A stretch of DNA of 51,679 nucleotides, filler included, from Jimgerdemannia flammicorona (taxonomy: Eukaryota): NCBI GenBank assembly GCA_003990765.1. It is 2 parts of 2 records of this genome, joined end to end, with 100 filler letters (N's around TTAATTAATTAA, not from the genome) between each part and the next. Parts side by side here need not be neighbours in the genome. Positions count along the whole stretch, not along the records: positions 25,891 to 51,679 come from RBNJ01000795.1; 1 more part is not named here. One strand, written 5' to 3'. The position numbers and the translations under genes are program-made. Numbering within the stretch: position 1 is the stretch's first letter; the number at the start of each line of letters is the position of its first letter. The notes beneath the pieces were generated by a model. The model was not told the DNA's origin. It saw only the letters and a program-made list of their open reading frames with translations, and searched no databases. Positions 34,751 to 46,700 of the stretch are shown one piece after another.

Positions 34751-37700
34751 TTAGACTATACCTTTATTACTACTCCTATCTATAATATAATATTATACCC
34801 TATCCCCCTTATTCTATCCCATATAGAATCCTCCCATCTCTATCCTTTACTCAGAACACTCTTCTATCAGATATCTCAATCCTCCCTCTACTCTCCACTG
34901 TAATCCTTCTCACCAGCTCCTTCCAGCTCCTCTTCTTGGACTCCCATCCAATCTACCACCTATTTAGGAGCTCTAACATCAACTACTCCCACCTTATCTC
35001 CCTTATACCAACTGCCAACCTGGGCCTCTCCTCAAAGATACTCTACTAATATTCTATAAGTCTAACCTATATATGTAGCTATTATCCATCTGACTATCAA
35101 TTACTCATTACCCAAACCATCTACCAAATATAACTGCAGAACCTCCCACCACCCACCTCCTCCTAGTACAGGGGCAGCTATCCCTAATCTCTATCCAATC
35201 CTCTTCCAGAAAATTTTCAAGCTCTCATACTCCTCTAGCTAGTATTTCAGGATCTGTACCACCCTGCCCTCCTATCTGACTGAAAGTTTAGTATCAAATT
35301 CTATCTCAGGAACCTCCTTATTCTATGACCAGATGCTAGCCCAGTCTCATCATTCATTAATACCAACTCTCTGCCAGATCTCCAGCCAGAGATCCCTCCC
35401 TTATTCTCTAAAGTACTCCATTCTATCCTCAAGACTAAAGTTCTCTACCTACCCTCTATATCTGAGGCCCCCAGTCCTCTTCCCCCTCCTTGCCCCTCTA
35501 TTGGAGACTAATATGATAGACACTATTGACCACACCCTACTAAAAGTCTTTATATTGTATCTTTTGACTCTACACCAGTACTATCAAAGAGAGTAAGTCA
35601 CCAGAACCTCCCCTAGGTGATACCTGTATCTCCCAAATATATTATATTAGGGGAATCCATTTTCCTTCCCTCAGCTCACTAGCTCATTTCAACCACCATA
35701 CTCTCAAGCAGTACAGACATTTGGTGAAGTCTATCAGACCAAGCTCTTTATGGCCCACTAATACTGTCAGCATCTCTCATCTGATTTAGCTATACCTCTC
35801 CACCCAGAGTCATGAGTAGACTATCTTCAGAAGCCTTTTAATCACCTATTTCAGAAAGTCCAGATAGTACTCTAGGTATTATAGCTTTGGCATCTAGTAT
35901 ACATTCAGTATCATCACTCTTCTCACTAGCAAAATGTATCTACTACTCCAGCCTACTAGTATCTTACTCCACTCTACCAGCTTATATTCCCACCACTTCT
36001 TAGGTAGCAAGAAGCCATATACTGAGAAGTAGATTTCTAGATACCAGACTGCCTCTCTAGCTAGGACAATTGTTCCAATAATATCTCCCTCTATCACTCC
36101 TTTACCAAGTACCATTGTCTCATATTTGTACCAGTTGAGCTTCACCTTGGTACACCTTTTATACCATTCTACTGTCCTCTTTAGTTCAGCTACATCCTCC
36201 ACTAAACTCAATCCAATTACTATATTATCTGCAAAGGCCCCCACCTTCCAATTCACTCTGAGAATATCCAAACCTCCTACTCTGTACCTGATTCTATTCA
36301 GCAATAGTTCCAGAGTGAAAGCATAAAGAATAGGAGAGTGGGTCCCTCTGTAGTACCCCTCTTCCCAGGGAAAAAGAGGTTCCCCTGTGACTATTCACCA
36401 AGATAGCTATCCAGCTCTCCTCCAGCAGACTAATAATAGAGCACTAAATATCCTGGAAAATACTAATATACTATAGTACTATATCAAACCAAACTCTCCA
36501 GACCCTGTCATAGGCCTTCTCCTGATCCAAAAACACTAGGTAACTATCCACTCTTGTAGCCCTTGTCTCTTTGATAATGTCATGGATTCAGGTAGTACAA
36601 TCCCTAATAAGGCAGTCCTCTACAAAGCCCCTCTGCTCCTTCTCTAACACCTGTTAAGCTACCCTCTATAATCTGGCCACCAGAACCTTTGTCACCATCT
36701 TACAGTCCATATCAAGAAGTATAATCAGCCTTCAGTTTTTCCAATCCTCCCTCCTCCTCTTGTCTTTGTACAATAGAGTTACCAGCTCTAAATGCTGGTC
36801 TCCAATCTATACCCCAGAGCCAATAACCTCATTACACATCTGTACCATCTCCTCTTCCAGATATCACTCAATGTCTAACATATCTTTCTCTCTCCTTCTC
36901 ACTCCAAAGTCTGTTCCAATAGCTACTCAGATGTTCTAGTATACTCTATACCCCCACCACTATCTTACCATCCTCATCCAATACTCCATCCTACCTATGC
37001 TATGCTCTCTTTTCTCTGAGAAGTCTCAATAGAAACTTGGTAGGTCACTCTTCTTCCTCTAGGCTCTGCCATCTCAGCCTAGCTACTAATGCTCTCATAT
37101 GTATATTCTTCTCTCTTCTCAGTAAGTTCTGTAGCTTGGCCACCTCCAGTTTAGTCTGCTGAGCCCTCCAGTCTATCACCCCTTCCTCCTCCAACAGCCC
37201 TGCCCATTGTATCAGTAACCTTTCTAACTGCTGAGATACTCACCAGATACTCCTTCTCCTCTGAGCCCCCCATATCTTCCCTATCTCTCCCCAAAAATAC
37301 AGAGTCTCAGACTTTAGTCTCTGCCACTAGTCTCCAATATCTAGGCCTGCCTCCTTCTACATTATAATCTGGGACTGAATTCTCCTCTCTTAGATATTCT
37401 ATAAAGTAGCTTCATCCAACAGAGAGGAGTTCAGATATCAATGATCAGGTCCCTCCTCACTTTCTCCAAACCTTCCTCTTCTCTGGACACCCCAATGATC
37501 TGACCAGAGGTACTATTCCACCTCCACCCTCTCCCAGACTGTCTCTCCCCAGCACTTGGTAGTCAAAACCCAATCAATCCTAGAGCTCAGCCCTCCTGTC
37601 CAATGTGTGTATATCTGATATTCACTACCTTATAGTCTCACAGCATCCATCAGAGCACTAAGCCTCTCAATCTCCTTCTAGTCCTCCATCTCTCCACTTC

Positions 37701-40184
37701 TCCCTAACATTCCCCTTCTATCATCTGTCCTGTCCAGTCTGCAATCCCAGACCATATTAAAGTCCTCACCCAGGCAGTCCACACCAGCCTCCATCAGAGT
37801 ACTAAAGTTCTGCAATATCTGTATCTATTCCACCCTAGTCCCCCTCTCTACTGGATAGTAATAAGAACCTACAACTATATTTCCCCAGCCTAGCCTCTGC
37901 TATGACCCCTACACCAATATACTCTCCCAATGTCCAATGTCTCCAATGTCCCCCTTCCCCCTCCTGACTAATATTCCTATCTTCCCCTGCCATATCACTG
38001 CTCCTCCCCACTCTCTCATCTATTCCAATCTATCAACCTCAACCTTACACTATACATCCTACAGTAGAAATATATCTGCATCCAATTTTCTCAGCTAGCT
38101 AAAGATATTATGACATCTCTTCACCCCCTGAAGTTTATTCATATTGATAGAGAATATATTAGTTGTACTGTTCATGGTGAATAATATTATAAAGGTACAA
38201 ACCCACTCTACAATTCTATGCTCACATTCTCTCCTGCCAAATCTAAGTTTCACTCAATCTCAGCCTCTATCTTCAATTCCTGCTATTCATCTAGAGCTAT
38301 CAATAACTCTATATAATCCTCTCCATTTACTATTTCCATAAATGCTCAGTACTCCTTACACACTATCTGCCATTTCATCAGTTCATTTCTCAGCCCCCAC
38401 AGATATACTGCTCTCTCATTTGCAATACTCAAAAGAGTTACCTCTCAGGCTATATCTATCTCATACTCCTCCTTCTCTAACAGTGCAGCCATCATCTCAT
38501 CTCTCAGCTTCCACACCACCCCCTCACTCTACAGTACTTCTCTCCAGAAGGCCTCACTGATCACTCAAAAGTCCACTTCACTCAACTCCTCTGCTGCCAT
38601 ATTTGTCATTGCCTTCCACAGCCACTTCTCTCCACCAACTACCTCCTCCCCCCAGGTCATCTTCTGCTTCCAATTCCCCTGCTCTCCCCCTCCTCAGTTC
38701 TCTTAGATTCATCTCATTCATCCTCTGACACATCCTGCAACTCCTCCTCTCCAATGCCAGATACTCTATACTGAATCAAAGCACTCTCTACTATCTCTAT
38801 ATCTGCTGCTACCTCCTCTAACTCTGGACCCTTGGCACCCTTCCAGCCTTCCCCTTGCTACCCTGTCTCAGCCCAAATACTAGTCTTCACACCCTCTCTA
38901 CCAGCCACCTTGGCTCTCTTCTGGGCCTCTTTTAGGCTTACCAACAACTTCTTCTATACCTTCCTCCCTTATGCCTTCTCCCAGAGAGCCTTGTCCATCT
39001 ACACCTTCTTGCCATTAATAACCTCAACTACCATTCTAGTCTCATACTCCTTCCAAGCTATCTGCCTCCTCTTGACTGCTCTTACCATATTCTCCAATAC
39101 TTCCAGCAGGTCCTTCTCCTCCTTCAGCATCTCTATCACCCTTGATATCTTATATTCCACAGGTCCCCACCTCAGTACTACTACCAGTCCCTCTCTTTCT
39201 CAGTATTCTCCTTCTCTGCCAGCCTCACTCTGATATTCACATTACTAGTCCTGAGCTCTGTCTCCTCTTAGACTCAAAATCCAATATCTACAATCTCACC
39301 AAACTTATTGATCACCTCCTTCACTAATTGCCTAGTCCTCTCCTTCTTAATAGTTAGCAGGTTGGTCACTACCAGCTATACCACCTAGAGATCCCAGCAT
39401 ATACACCTCATCATTAGAACTGCTATCCCCCTGATCACCAGCCCCTTCTCCAAAGCCCCCAATAATAACTCCTCTTCCTCAAAGCCTATCTCTACTGACT
39501 TGAGCTTTTTCAAAAACTTTACTGAGATCACACCTTTTACCTCCTTTGCCAAGATTCTCAGCACTATCTTTGCCATCACTACCAGACCCTGGAAGTATAT
39601 TATGACTGTGAATTCAGATCTTGACTTCTTGAGTAATAGTGCTACCACCAGCTCCATCACACTATCAGCAAGATTACTGGACCTCATGCTCTTCCTACAA
39701 CTTGGTCTATCATCAGCAGTCTCATCTCAATTTTTTGCCAGATTGTCTATCATACTCTCATCAGCAGTTATCTCTTCAGCCACTACACCACTAGCCCCAC
39801 TACTCTGACCCCCCAGAGAGGCTCCCCCCTTCTCTCCTATAGCTGGCTTCTCTCTCTCTAGCTCCAGCCATCTATCTAGACCCATTGTCTGCTCCCATCC
39901 TGACCTTGTCTATAAAGGTCAACTGTTTAATTCTCTGCTATCTTACTCTATCTCTTCTATTACTACCAACCTCTTAACCCCTCAGAGCAGTACTCAGTAT
40001 CTCCAAATCTATATCTTGGCCCCTCTCTACATACTACTAGTTAAAGGTACTGAGGCTGCCCTGCCCCATATGCTCTCTAGATTACTTGTTGCTCACCATA
40101 TTATTACTATCTTTTTGCTGAAAATATTGTTTGAAGTATTGTCTGAAGTTTGTATAACCTAAATGTTACTAGAGAAAGACAATG
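34751..40184 (-). mobile_element. L1/Tx1-like LINE copy C, near full length, heavily mutated, internal deletions, tail missing
   Basis: ORF2 ATG at 38175; VNWKVGAFADN; ORF1 LLKKSRSEF; colinear with copy D; ~165-bp deletion near 36853 relative to D. Confidence 0.95.
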
Positions 40185-40189
40185 TTAAT

Positions 40190-40946
40190 TATATGATCTC
40201 TTTTTCAGCAGAAGATTAGAAATCAATAAATTGAGTTATTGATAGATTTTAAGAAGAGTATAATATGATTTTTCATATCTTCTACCTTGTATGAGATCAA
40301 TCTTTAGTTTTTGGATGAGTAGTAGCTTGAGTGGTAGCTTGGGCTTAGACAATAGCTTGGACTTAGACAGTAGCTTGGACTTGGATAGTAGCTTGGGCTT
40401 GGGCAGCAGCTTAGACTTGAGTGGTAGCTTAGGCTTAGGTGGTAGCTTGTGCTTGAGTGGTGGCTTGGGCTTGGGTGGTAGCTTGGACTTGAATGATAAC
40501 TTGGGCTAGAGTAGTAGTAGCTTAGACTTAGACTAGGGCTTAGACTAGGACAGTAGTAGCTTAGGCTTAGGTGGTAGCTTGGGCTTAGGCAGTATCTTCA
40601 GGGATCTTAGGGGTCTCAGAAGTAAAGACTTCAGAGATAGCCTAAGAGATAGCTTCAGATACAGTTCTTAAGATAAATTACTTGATTGCTTCTTCAATTT
40701 TCTTCTTCTTCTTGTATTTATAGATTCTTCATCATCCAATCAGATGATAACCTTGTTGATAGCATTGTTCATATCCTCAAAGACTCTAGAAAGATAATTG
40801 ATATAAAATTGAAGTTTTTTATAAGATGAGATTATTTTTTGTATTTTGTTTTTTGTTTTTTGTTTTTTGTTTTTTGTTTTTTGTTTTTTGGTTTTTAGTT
40901 TATTTTTTATTATTAAAGCCAGCTTATTTATATATATTTTATCCAT
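40190..40946 (-). pseudogene. Decayed ORF with an 18-bp tandem repeat (40318-40592), probably ancestral Pro/Glu-rich repeat
   Basis: Units AAG CCC AAG CTA CCA CCC revert to GAG CCC GAG CCG CCG CCC by undoing transitions; one long frame broken only by transition-type stops; cut by LINE C. Confidence 0.45.
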
Positions 40947-41038
40947 ACTTATTACAATATCTGAAGCTCTCAGCTTATGCTTATTGCTTATAGGCTTATA
41001 GACTTATACTTATTATAATATTTGAAGCTCTTGGCTTA

Positions 41039-41134
<96 letters not shown>

Positions 41135-41450
41135 GCTTTTAGCTTATACATACTTATTGCTTACAAAACTTTTGACTTATACTTATTGCTTATAGAATTA
41201 TAGACTTGTAGGCTTTTATTACTCATAAGATTATAGGCTTATAGACTTTTGTTACTTATAGGATTATAGGCTTATAGGCTTTTGTTACTTATAGAATTGT
41301 AGGCTTGTACTTATTGCAATATTTGAAGCTCTCAGCTTATACTTATTACTTACAGGATTGTAGACTTATACTTATTGTAATATTCAAAGCTCTTGACTTA
41401 TACTTATTACTTACAGAATTATAGACTTACAAGCTTATAAGTATAAGTAT
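40945..41450. repeat. Degenerate GCTTATAC/GGCTTATA tandem array with long poly-T tracts
   Basis: Repeated CTTATACTTATT, TAGGCTT and TGAAGCTCTCAGCTTA motifs; T-runs at 41042-41131. Confidence 0.8.
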
Positions 41451-42065
41451 TTCAGATATAGTAACTAAGTATATATAATATATATTTTTAAGCTTTAAAT
41501 ATATTTAAAATTCTATATATTATATAATTTATACTACTTATCATCTATTCCTAGTACTTCTGGGCAGATATAATGATATCTTACTCATCTCATTAGAACT
41601 AGAAATAATAAAATTATATTCAAATATAACAATCAGGTATGTATTTAGAAATTATATTTAGATATGGTATATCTATAAGTTCTGAGTCATACTTATATGT
41701 ATAATATGATATCTGAGTACTATATTTATTTGGTATTTTGAAATTTAACTATATTTTGAGATTTAAGATCAGCTATTATTATTGGAATACTAGACTGATT
41801 ACTATGCCTTTAAATACATATATTCATGAATTATTTTAGAGTCTAAAGTATCTCTTTTAGCTGTTATAAGATCTTTACTACTTGAAAAAACTCTCTCAAT
41901 TAGAGTACTTGTTACTGAGATAGTTAAGTAGTTATATGCCATTTTTGCTAAATTTGGGAAATCTCTACTATAGCCTTAATATTTCCAATTAATTAAATCA
42001 ATTAGAGAAACTTAAATAATATTTCAAATTGACCTAATTCAAATATAAATTCCCAACTCACTTGC

Positions 42066-43256
42066 TTTTTTTTTTTTTTTTTTTTTAATGGACTCATGTC
42101 CCACAGATTTTTATTGGAAGGGAATCTAGACTATATAGGCCAAAACCCTCCCCCACCACCCACCAAGCACTGCCCCCCCCATTAATCTAGGCTAGCTATT
42201 GTCCAGCAGCTTGACCATGCTAGGCACAGCAGGGCTGATTAGACCCGTACCTTATTCTGCGCACCATGCTCTCCTTACCATCAGGGGAAACCCAACTATA
42301 TGCCAATGACCAAAAGCGCATGCCTGAGAACCCAATGTATGTACAAGGCCATGCCCAAGCCAAATAGAATAGCCCCTGCCACCCCAAAGAGAATGATAGG
42401 CAAAGAAAAAACCCTCATCAAAGCACAATACGGTGGATAGGGCCTGGTTCTCCCAGTTGAGGTAAGTAAAGGACTTACACATAAGGTGGGAGGAAACCCC
42501 CAATACCCCACTACTCAAGCCTGCGGGCCTCAATCACATTGCCATGTCAGCTCCCAGTTTTAGTTGAGTGTAGCCAAGATGCCTGAAATGGGTAGCCTCG
42601 AGCCTCCTGACCCCCCCTGATGACTGGGGCCCAACCCTGCTAACTGCCAAAAGAAGCCGATAGTGATACCTACCATCTAACCATGCCGTACCAATCAAAA
42701 GGCCCCACCAAAGCAGTACCTGCCCCAGCCCCAATGACTGCCCCCAGCCTAGCACCCTACTGGTTTACCATTATTGCCCTTCCTCCTATCTGTGATGGCC
42801 ATCTCCCCTCTCATCCCAACAACACCCAAAAAACAGTCACCTATGCTAGAACTGTGCTTGCTGAGAAGTTCGCCAAAGCCAGAGAGCCCCACCACAGGCA
42901 CCGAGGACCTGCAGGTAACCTATACTGAGCACTTGACGCCCAAGGTCAGCCAACTCCCTACATAGCCTGAGACACACTGAGACAACTTCTTGTTGGTGAC
43001 AGCAAAAGGAAGAAGGCACTGCACCAAAACAAGTACACCCCAGATGCAGCCGAAGGCACCAGAATCTACGAAAAAGTAGAGAAAGCACCGATCTAACACT
43101 GATAAAGGGGCAACTTATTACCATTGCCTTCCTCTCACTATGCCCCTGCAGGTACAGCAAACTAATCCAAGATAGAGAGGGTAATAATAGGGGAAAGGGG
43201 ACTTAGAAGGTCACCTACCAAACCTTATGACCAGTAAGGTAGCAGAGAAAGGAGTG
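42066..43256 (-). mobile_element. Non-autonomous poly(A)-tailed retroposon, copy 2, inserted in the hAT transposase
   Basis: T-run 42066-42086, AATAAA signal, 14-bp TSD CCCAACTCACTT(G/A)C at 42052-42065 and 43257-43270. Confidence 0.9.
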
Positions 43257-43762
43257 CCCAACTCACTTACTATCAAGATAATATATCAACTCCTGCTTAA
43301 AATTTAACAGTTTTACTTTTTAAATAAGCATCTATCTCTTACTCAGAATTTGTCATCAGTTTTTGTCTTTTATTGAATATATATTTATATAGTGTAGCAT
43401 TGACATTATTTTCTACTTCTTCATAATCTTTAGAACTTATTTAATTAATTGATTCAGATAGAGGAGTATAGTTTTTATTATAAACTATATAAAGTTTATC
43501 TTTAGCCCTTTAATCTAAATATCTTCTCAATCATGTGATAAATAATATTCTAGCTTACCTGAGATTGAGTACTGGTTTTTATTAAAAAATAAAATAAAAT
43601 AAAATATAAAATAAATTAGTAGTGACTAACAAGCAAATTTTGAAATAGATTTATACTATCTCCAACATTAAGTAAATTTTGAAATATTTACTTACTAGTA
43701 TTAATATAATAAATTGGAGTATTTGTTATTAAATAATATATCTTTAACTTAGTAATAGCTAT

Positions 43763-46700
43763 TTTTTTTTATAGTTACTTAGACTATATCTTTATTACTA
43801 CTCTCATCTATAATATAATATTACACAGTATTCCCCCCCCCTATTCTATCCTATATAGAACTCTTCTATCCCTATTCTTTATCTAAGAGACTCTCCTATC
43901 AGATACCTCAATTCTCCCTCTACTCTTTACTACAATTCTCCTCACCAGCTCCTTCTGACTCCCTCCCTTGGGTCCCTATCCAATCTACTATCTATTCAGA
44001 AGTTCCAACATCAACCACTCTCACCTCACCTCTCTCATATCAACTACCAACCTGGAGCTCTTCTTAAAGACACTCTACTAGTATTCTATGAGTCTAACCT
44101 ACATAGCTAACACCCATCCAACTATCAGCCACTTTATCCACACTACCTACTAGATATAATTATAGGACTACCCACCTTCTACCTCCTCCTGATACCAGGG
44201 CATCTACCCCCAACCTCTGCCCAATCCTTTCTAGAAAATCTCCAAGCTCTTACACTCCTCTAGTCAATGTTTCAGAGTCTGTACCACCCCACCCTCCTGC
44301 CTAATATCATAGCATTTCTCACAATTAAAGGAACCCCCTTTCACTAAGTACTCTGACTAGAAGTTCAGTATCATATTCTATCTCAGGAACCTCTACCACA
44401 TCACTCAGAACTTGGGTGAGAGCTATCTCACTACTACTTTATTCTATGACTAGATATCAGCCTAGTTCTATCCTTCACCAATATCAACCCCCTGCTAGAT
44501 CTCAGATCAGAAATCCCTCCCCTGTTCTCCAAGGTACTCTATTCTATCCTTGAGGCTAAAGTTCTCCATCTGACTACCTCTCAATAGAAGACAGTTCCAT
44601 CTCCACATCCTAGGCCTCCAGTCTTCTTCTCTCTTCTTATCTCTCTATCAGATATCAATATAGTGAGCTCCATTAACTGCATCTTACCAAAAGCCTTTGT
44701 AGTATATCTTTTAGCTCTCCTCCAGTACTACTAAAGAGAGCAAGTTACTAGAACCTCTCAATATCCACATCTCCCAAATATATTATATTAGAGGTACCTA
44801 TTCCTCTCCCCTCAGCTTATTAGTATACTTTAACCACCATACTCTTAAGTAGTACAGATATTTGGTAAAGTCTACCAGGCCAAGCCCTCTATAGCCCACA
44901 GACACTGTTAGTACCTTTTATCTAATTTGACTGTACCTCCTAGCTCAGAGCCATGAGTGGGCCATTTTCAAAAGTCTCTTAATCACTTATTTCAAAAAGT
45001 CAATATGGTAGCCTAGGTACTACCGCTTCAGCATCCAGTATATATTCAGCACTATTATCCTTTCTGCCAATGAAATGTGTCTACCACCTTAGCCTACTAG
45101 TACCTTGCTCCATTCTATTAGCTTTCATTCCCACCACTCCTTGGATAGCAAGGAGCCATATATGAGAAGTAGATCCCTAGGTATTGGACTATCTCTTCAG
45201 CAGAGATAATTATTCCAATAATATCTCCCCCTATCACCTCTTTATTAAGTATTATTATCTCACACTTATGCCAGTTGAACCTCACTCTAGAGTATCTCTT
45301 ATACCATTCTACTACCCCCTTCAGCATGGCCATATTCTTTACTGATCCCCATCTAACCACTATGTCATCTGTAAAGGTCCCCACCTTCCAATTTACCCCA
45401 AGAATATACAAACCTCCTACTTTATATCTGATCCTATCCAGCAATAGTTCTAATGCAAAAGCATAAAGAATAGGAGAGAGTGGGTTCCTCTATAGTACCT
45501 CTATTTTAAGAGAAAAGGAGGCTCTCCTATGACTATTAGCCAAAATAGCTGCCCAGCTCCCCTCCAGTAGACTAATAATAGAGCATCAAATGTCCTGGGG
45601 AATACCAATATATTACAGTATTCTATCCAGCCAAACTCTCCAAACTCTGTCATAGGTCTTCTTCTGATCTAAGAATATTAAATGACCATCTACTCTTATA
45701 GTCCTTACCCCTTCAATAATACCATGGATCTAAGCAGTACTATCTCTAATAAGGCAATTCTCTATAAAGCCCCTCTGCTCTTTCTCTAACACCTGTTGAG
45801 TCACTCTCTGCAATCTGGCCACCAGAACCTTTATCACCATCTTATGGTCCATGTCAAGAAGTATAATCAGCCTCTAGTTTTTTCAATCTTCCCTCCTCCT
45901 CTTATCCTTATATAACAAAGTCACCAGTCCCAACTACTGTCCTCCAATCTATGCTCCAGAGTCAATAACCTCATCATATATCTGTACCATCTCCTGTAGT
46001 ACCTCCTCAACTACTGCTATCTTCTTTCAAAAATCCTATGGCAATCCATTCTCTCCAGGAGTAATATCAAGACTTATTGAAGCCAGGATCTAGAGAATTT
46101 CCTCCCACTGTACTGATACTCTAAGTTCCCCCAGACCCATAGCTGGAACTGAGTGCCACTCTTCCAGATATCACTCAATGTCTAGCAAATCCTCCCCTCT
46201 CTCCTTCTCACTCTAAAGTCTACCCAACAACCACTCAGCTGTTTCAGTATACTCTGTACCCCCACCACTATCTCACCAGTCTCATCCAATACTCCATTCT
46301 ATCTATACCATACTCCTCTTACTTAGAGGAATCTTGACAGAAACTTGGTAGATTGCTCTCCTTTCTCTAGTCTCTACCATCTCAGCCTAACCACCAATAC
46401 TCTCATCCACATATTCTTCTCTCTTCTCAGTAAGTTCTGTAGCTCAGCAATCTCTAACTTAGCCTGCTGAGCCCTCCAGTCCATCACCCTTTTCTCCTCC
46501 AATAGTCTTATCTATGTTTTCAGTAACCATTCTAATCACTGAGATGTCTACTAGACACTCCTCTGTCTCTGAGTACTCCATGCCTTCCCTGTCTCCTCTC
46601 AAAAACACTGAGTCTCAGACTTTAGTCTATATCACCAGTCTCTAATGCCCAGATCTACCACCTTTTACATAATAATCTAGAACTTAATCCTCCTCTCTCA

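Noticed and set aside
34751..34760. Idea that this LINE family lacks poly(A) tails
   Set aside because: Copy D has a short poly(A) and a 17-bp TSD; B and C lost their tails at the fusion
43085..43115. TTATCAGT..T..ATC similarity to U2 snRNA stem II
   Set aside because: Only ~8 nt match; branch-pairing GTAGTA and Sm site not found in position
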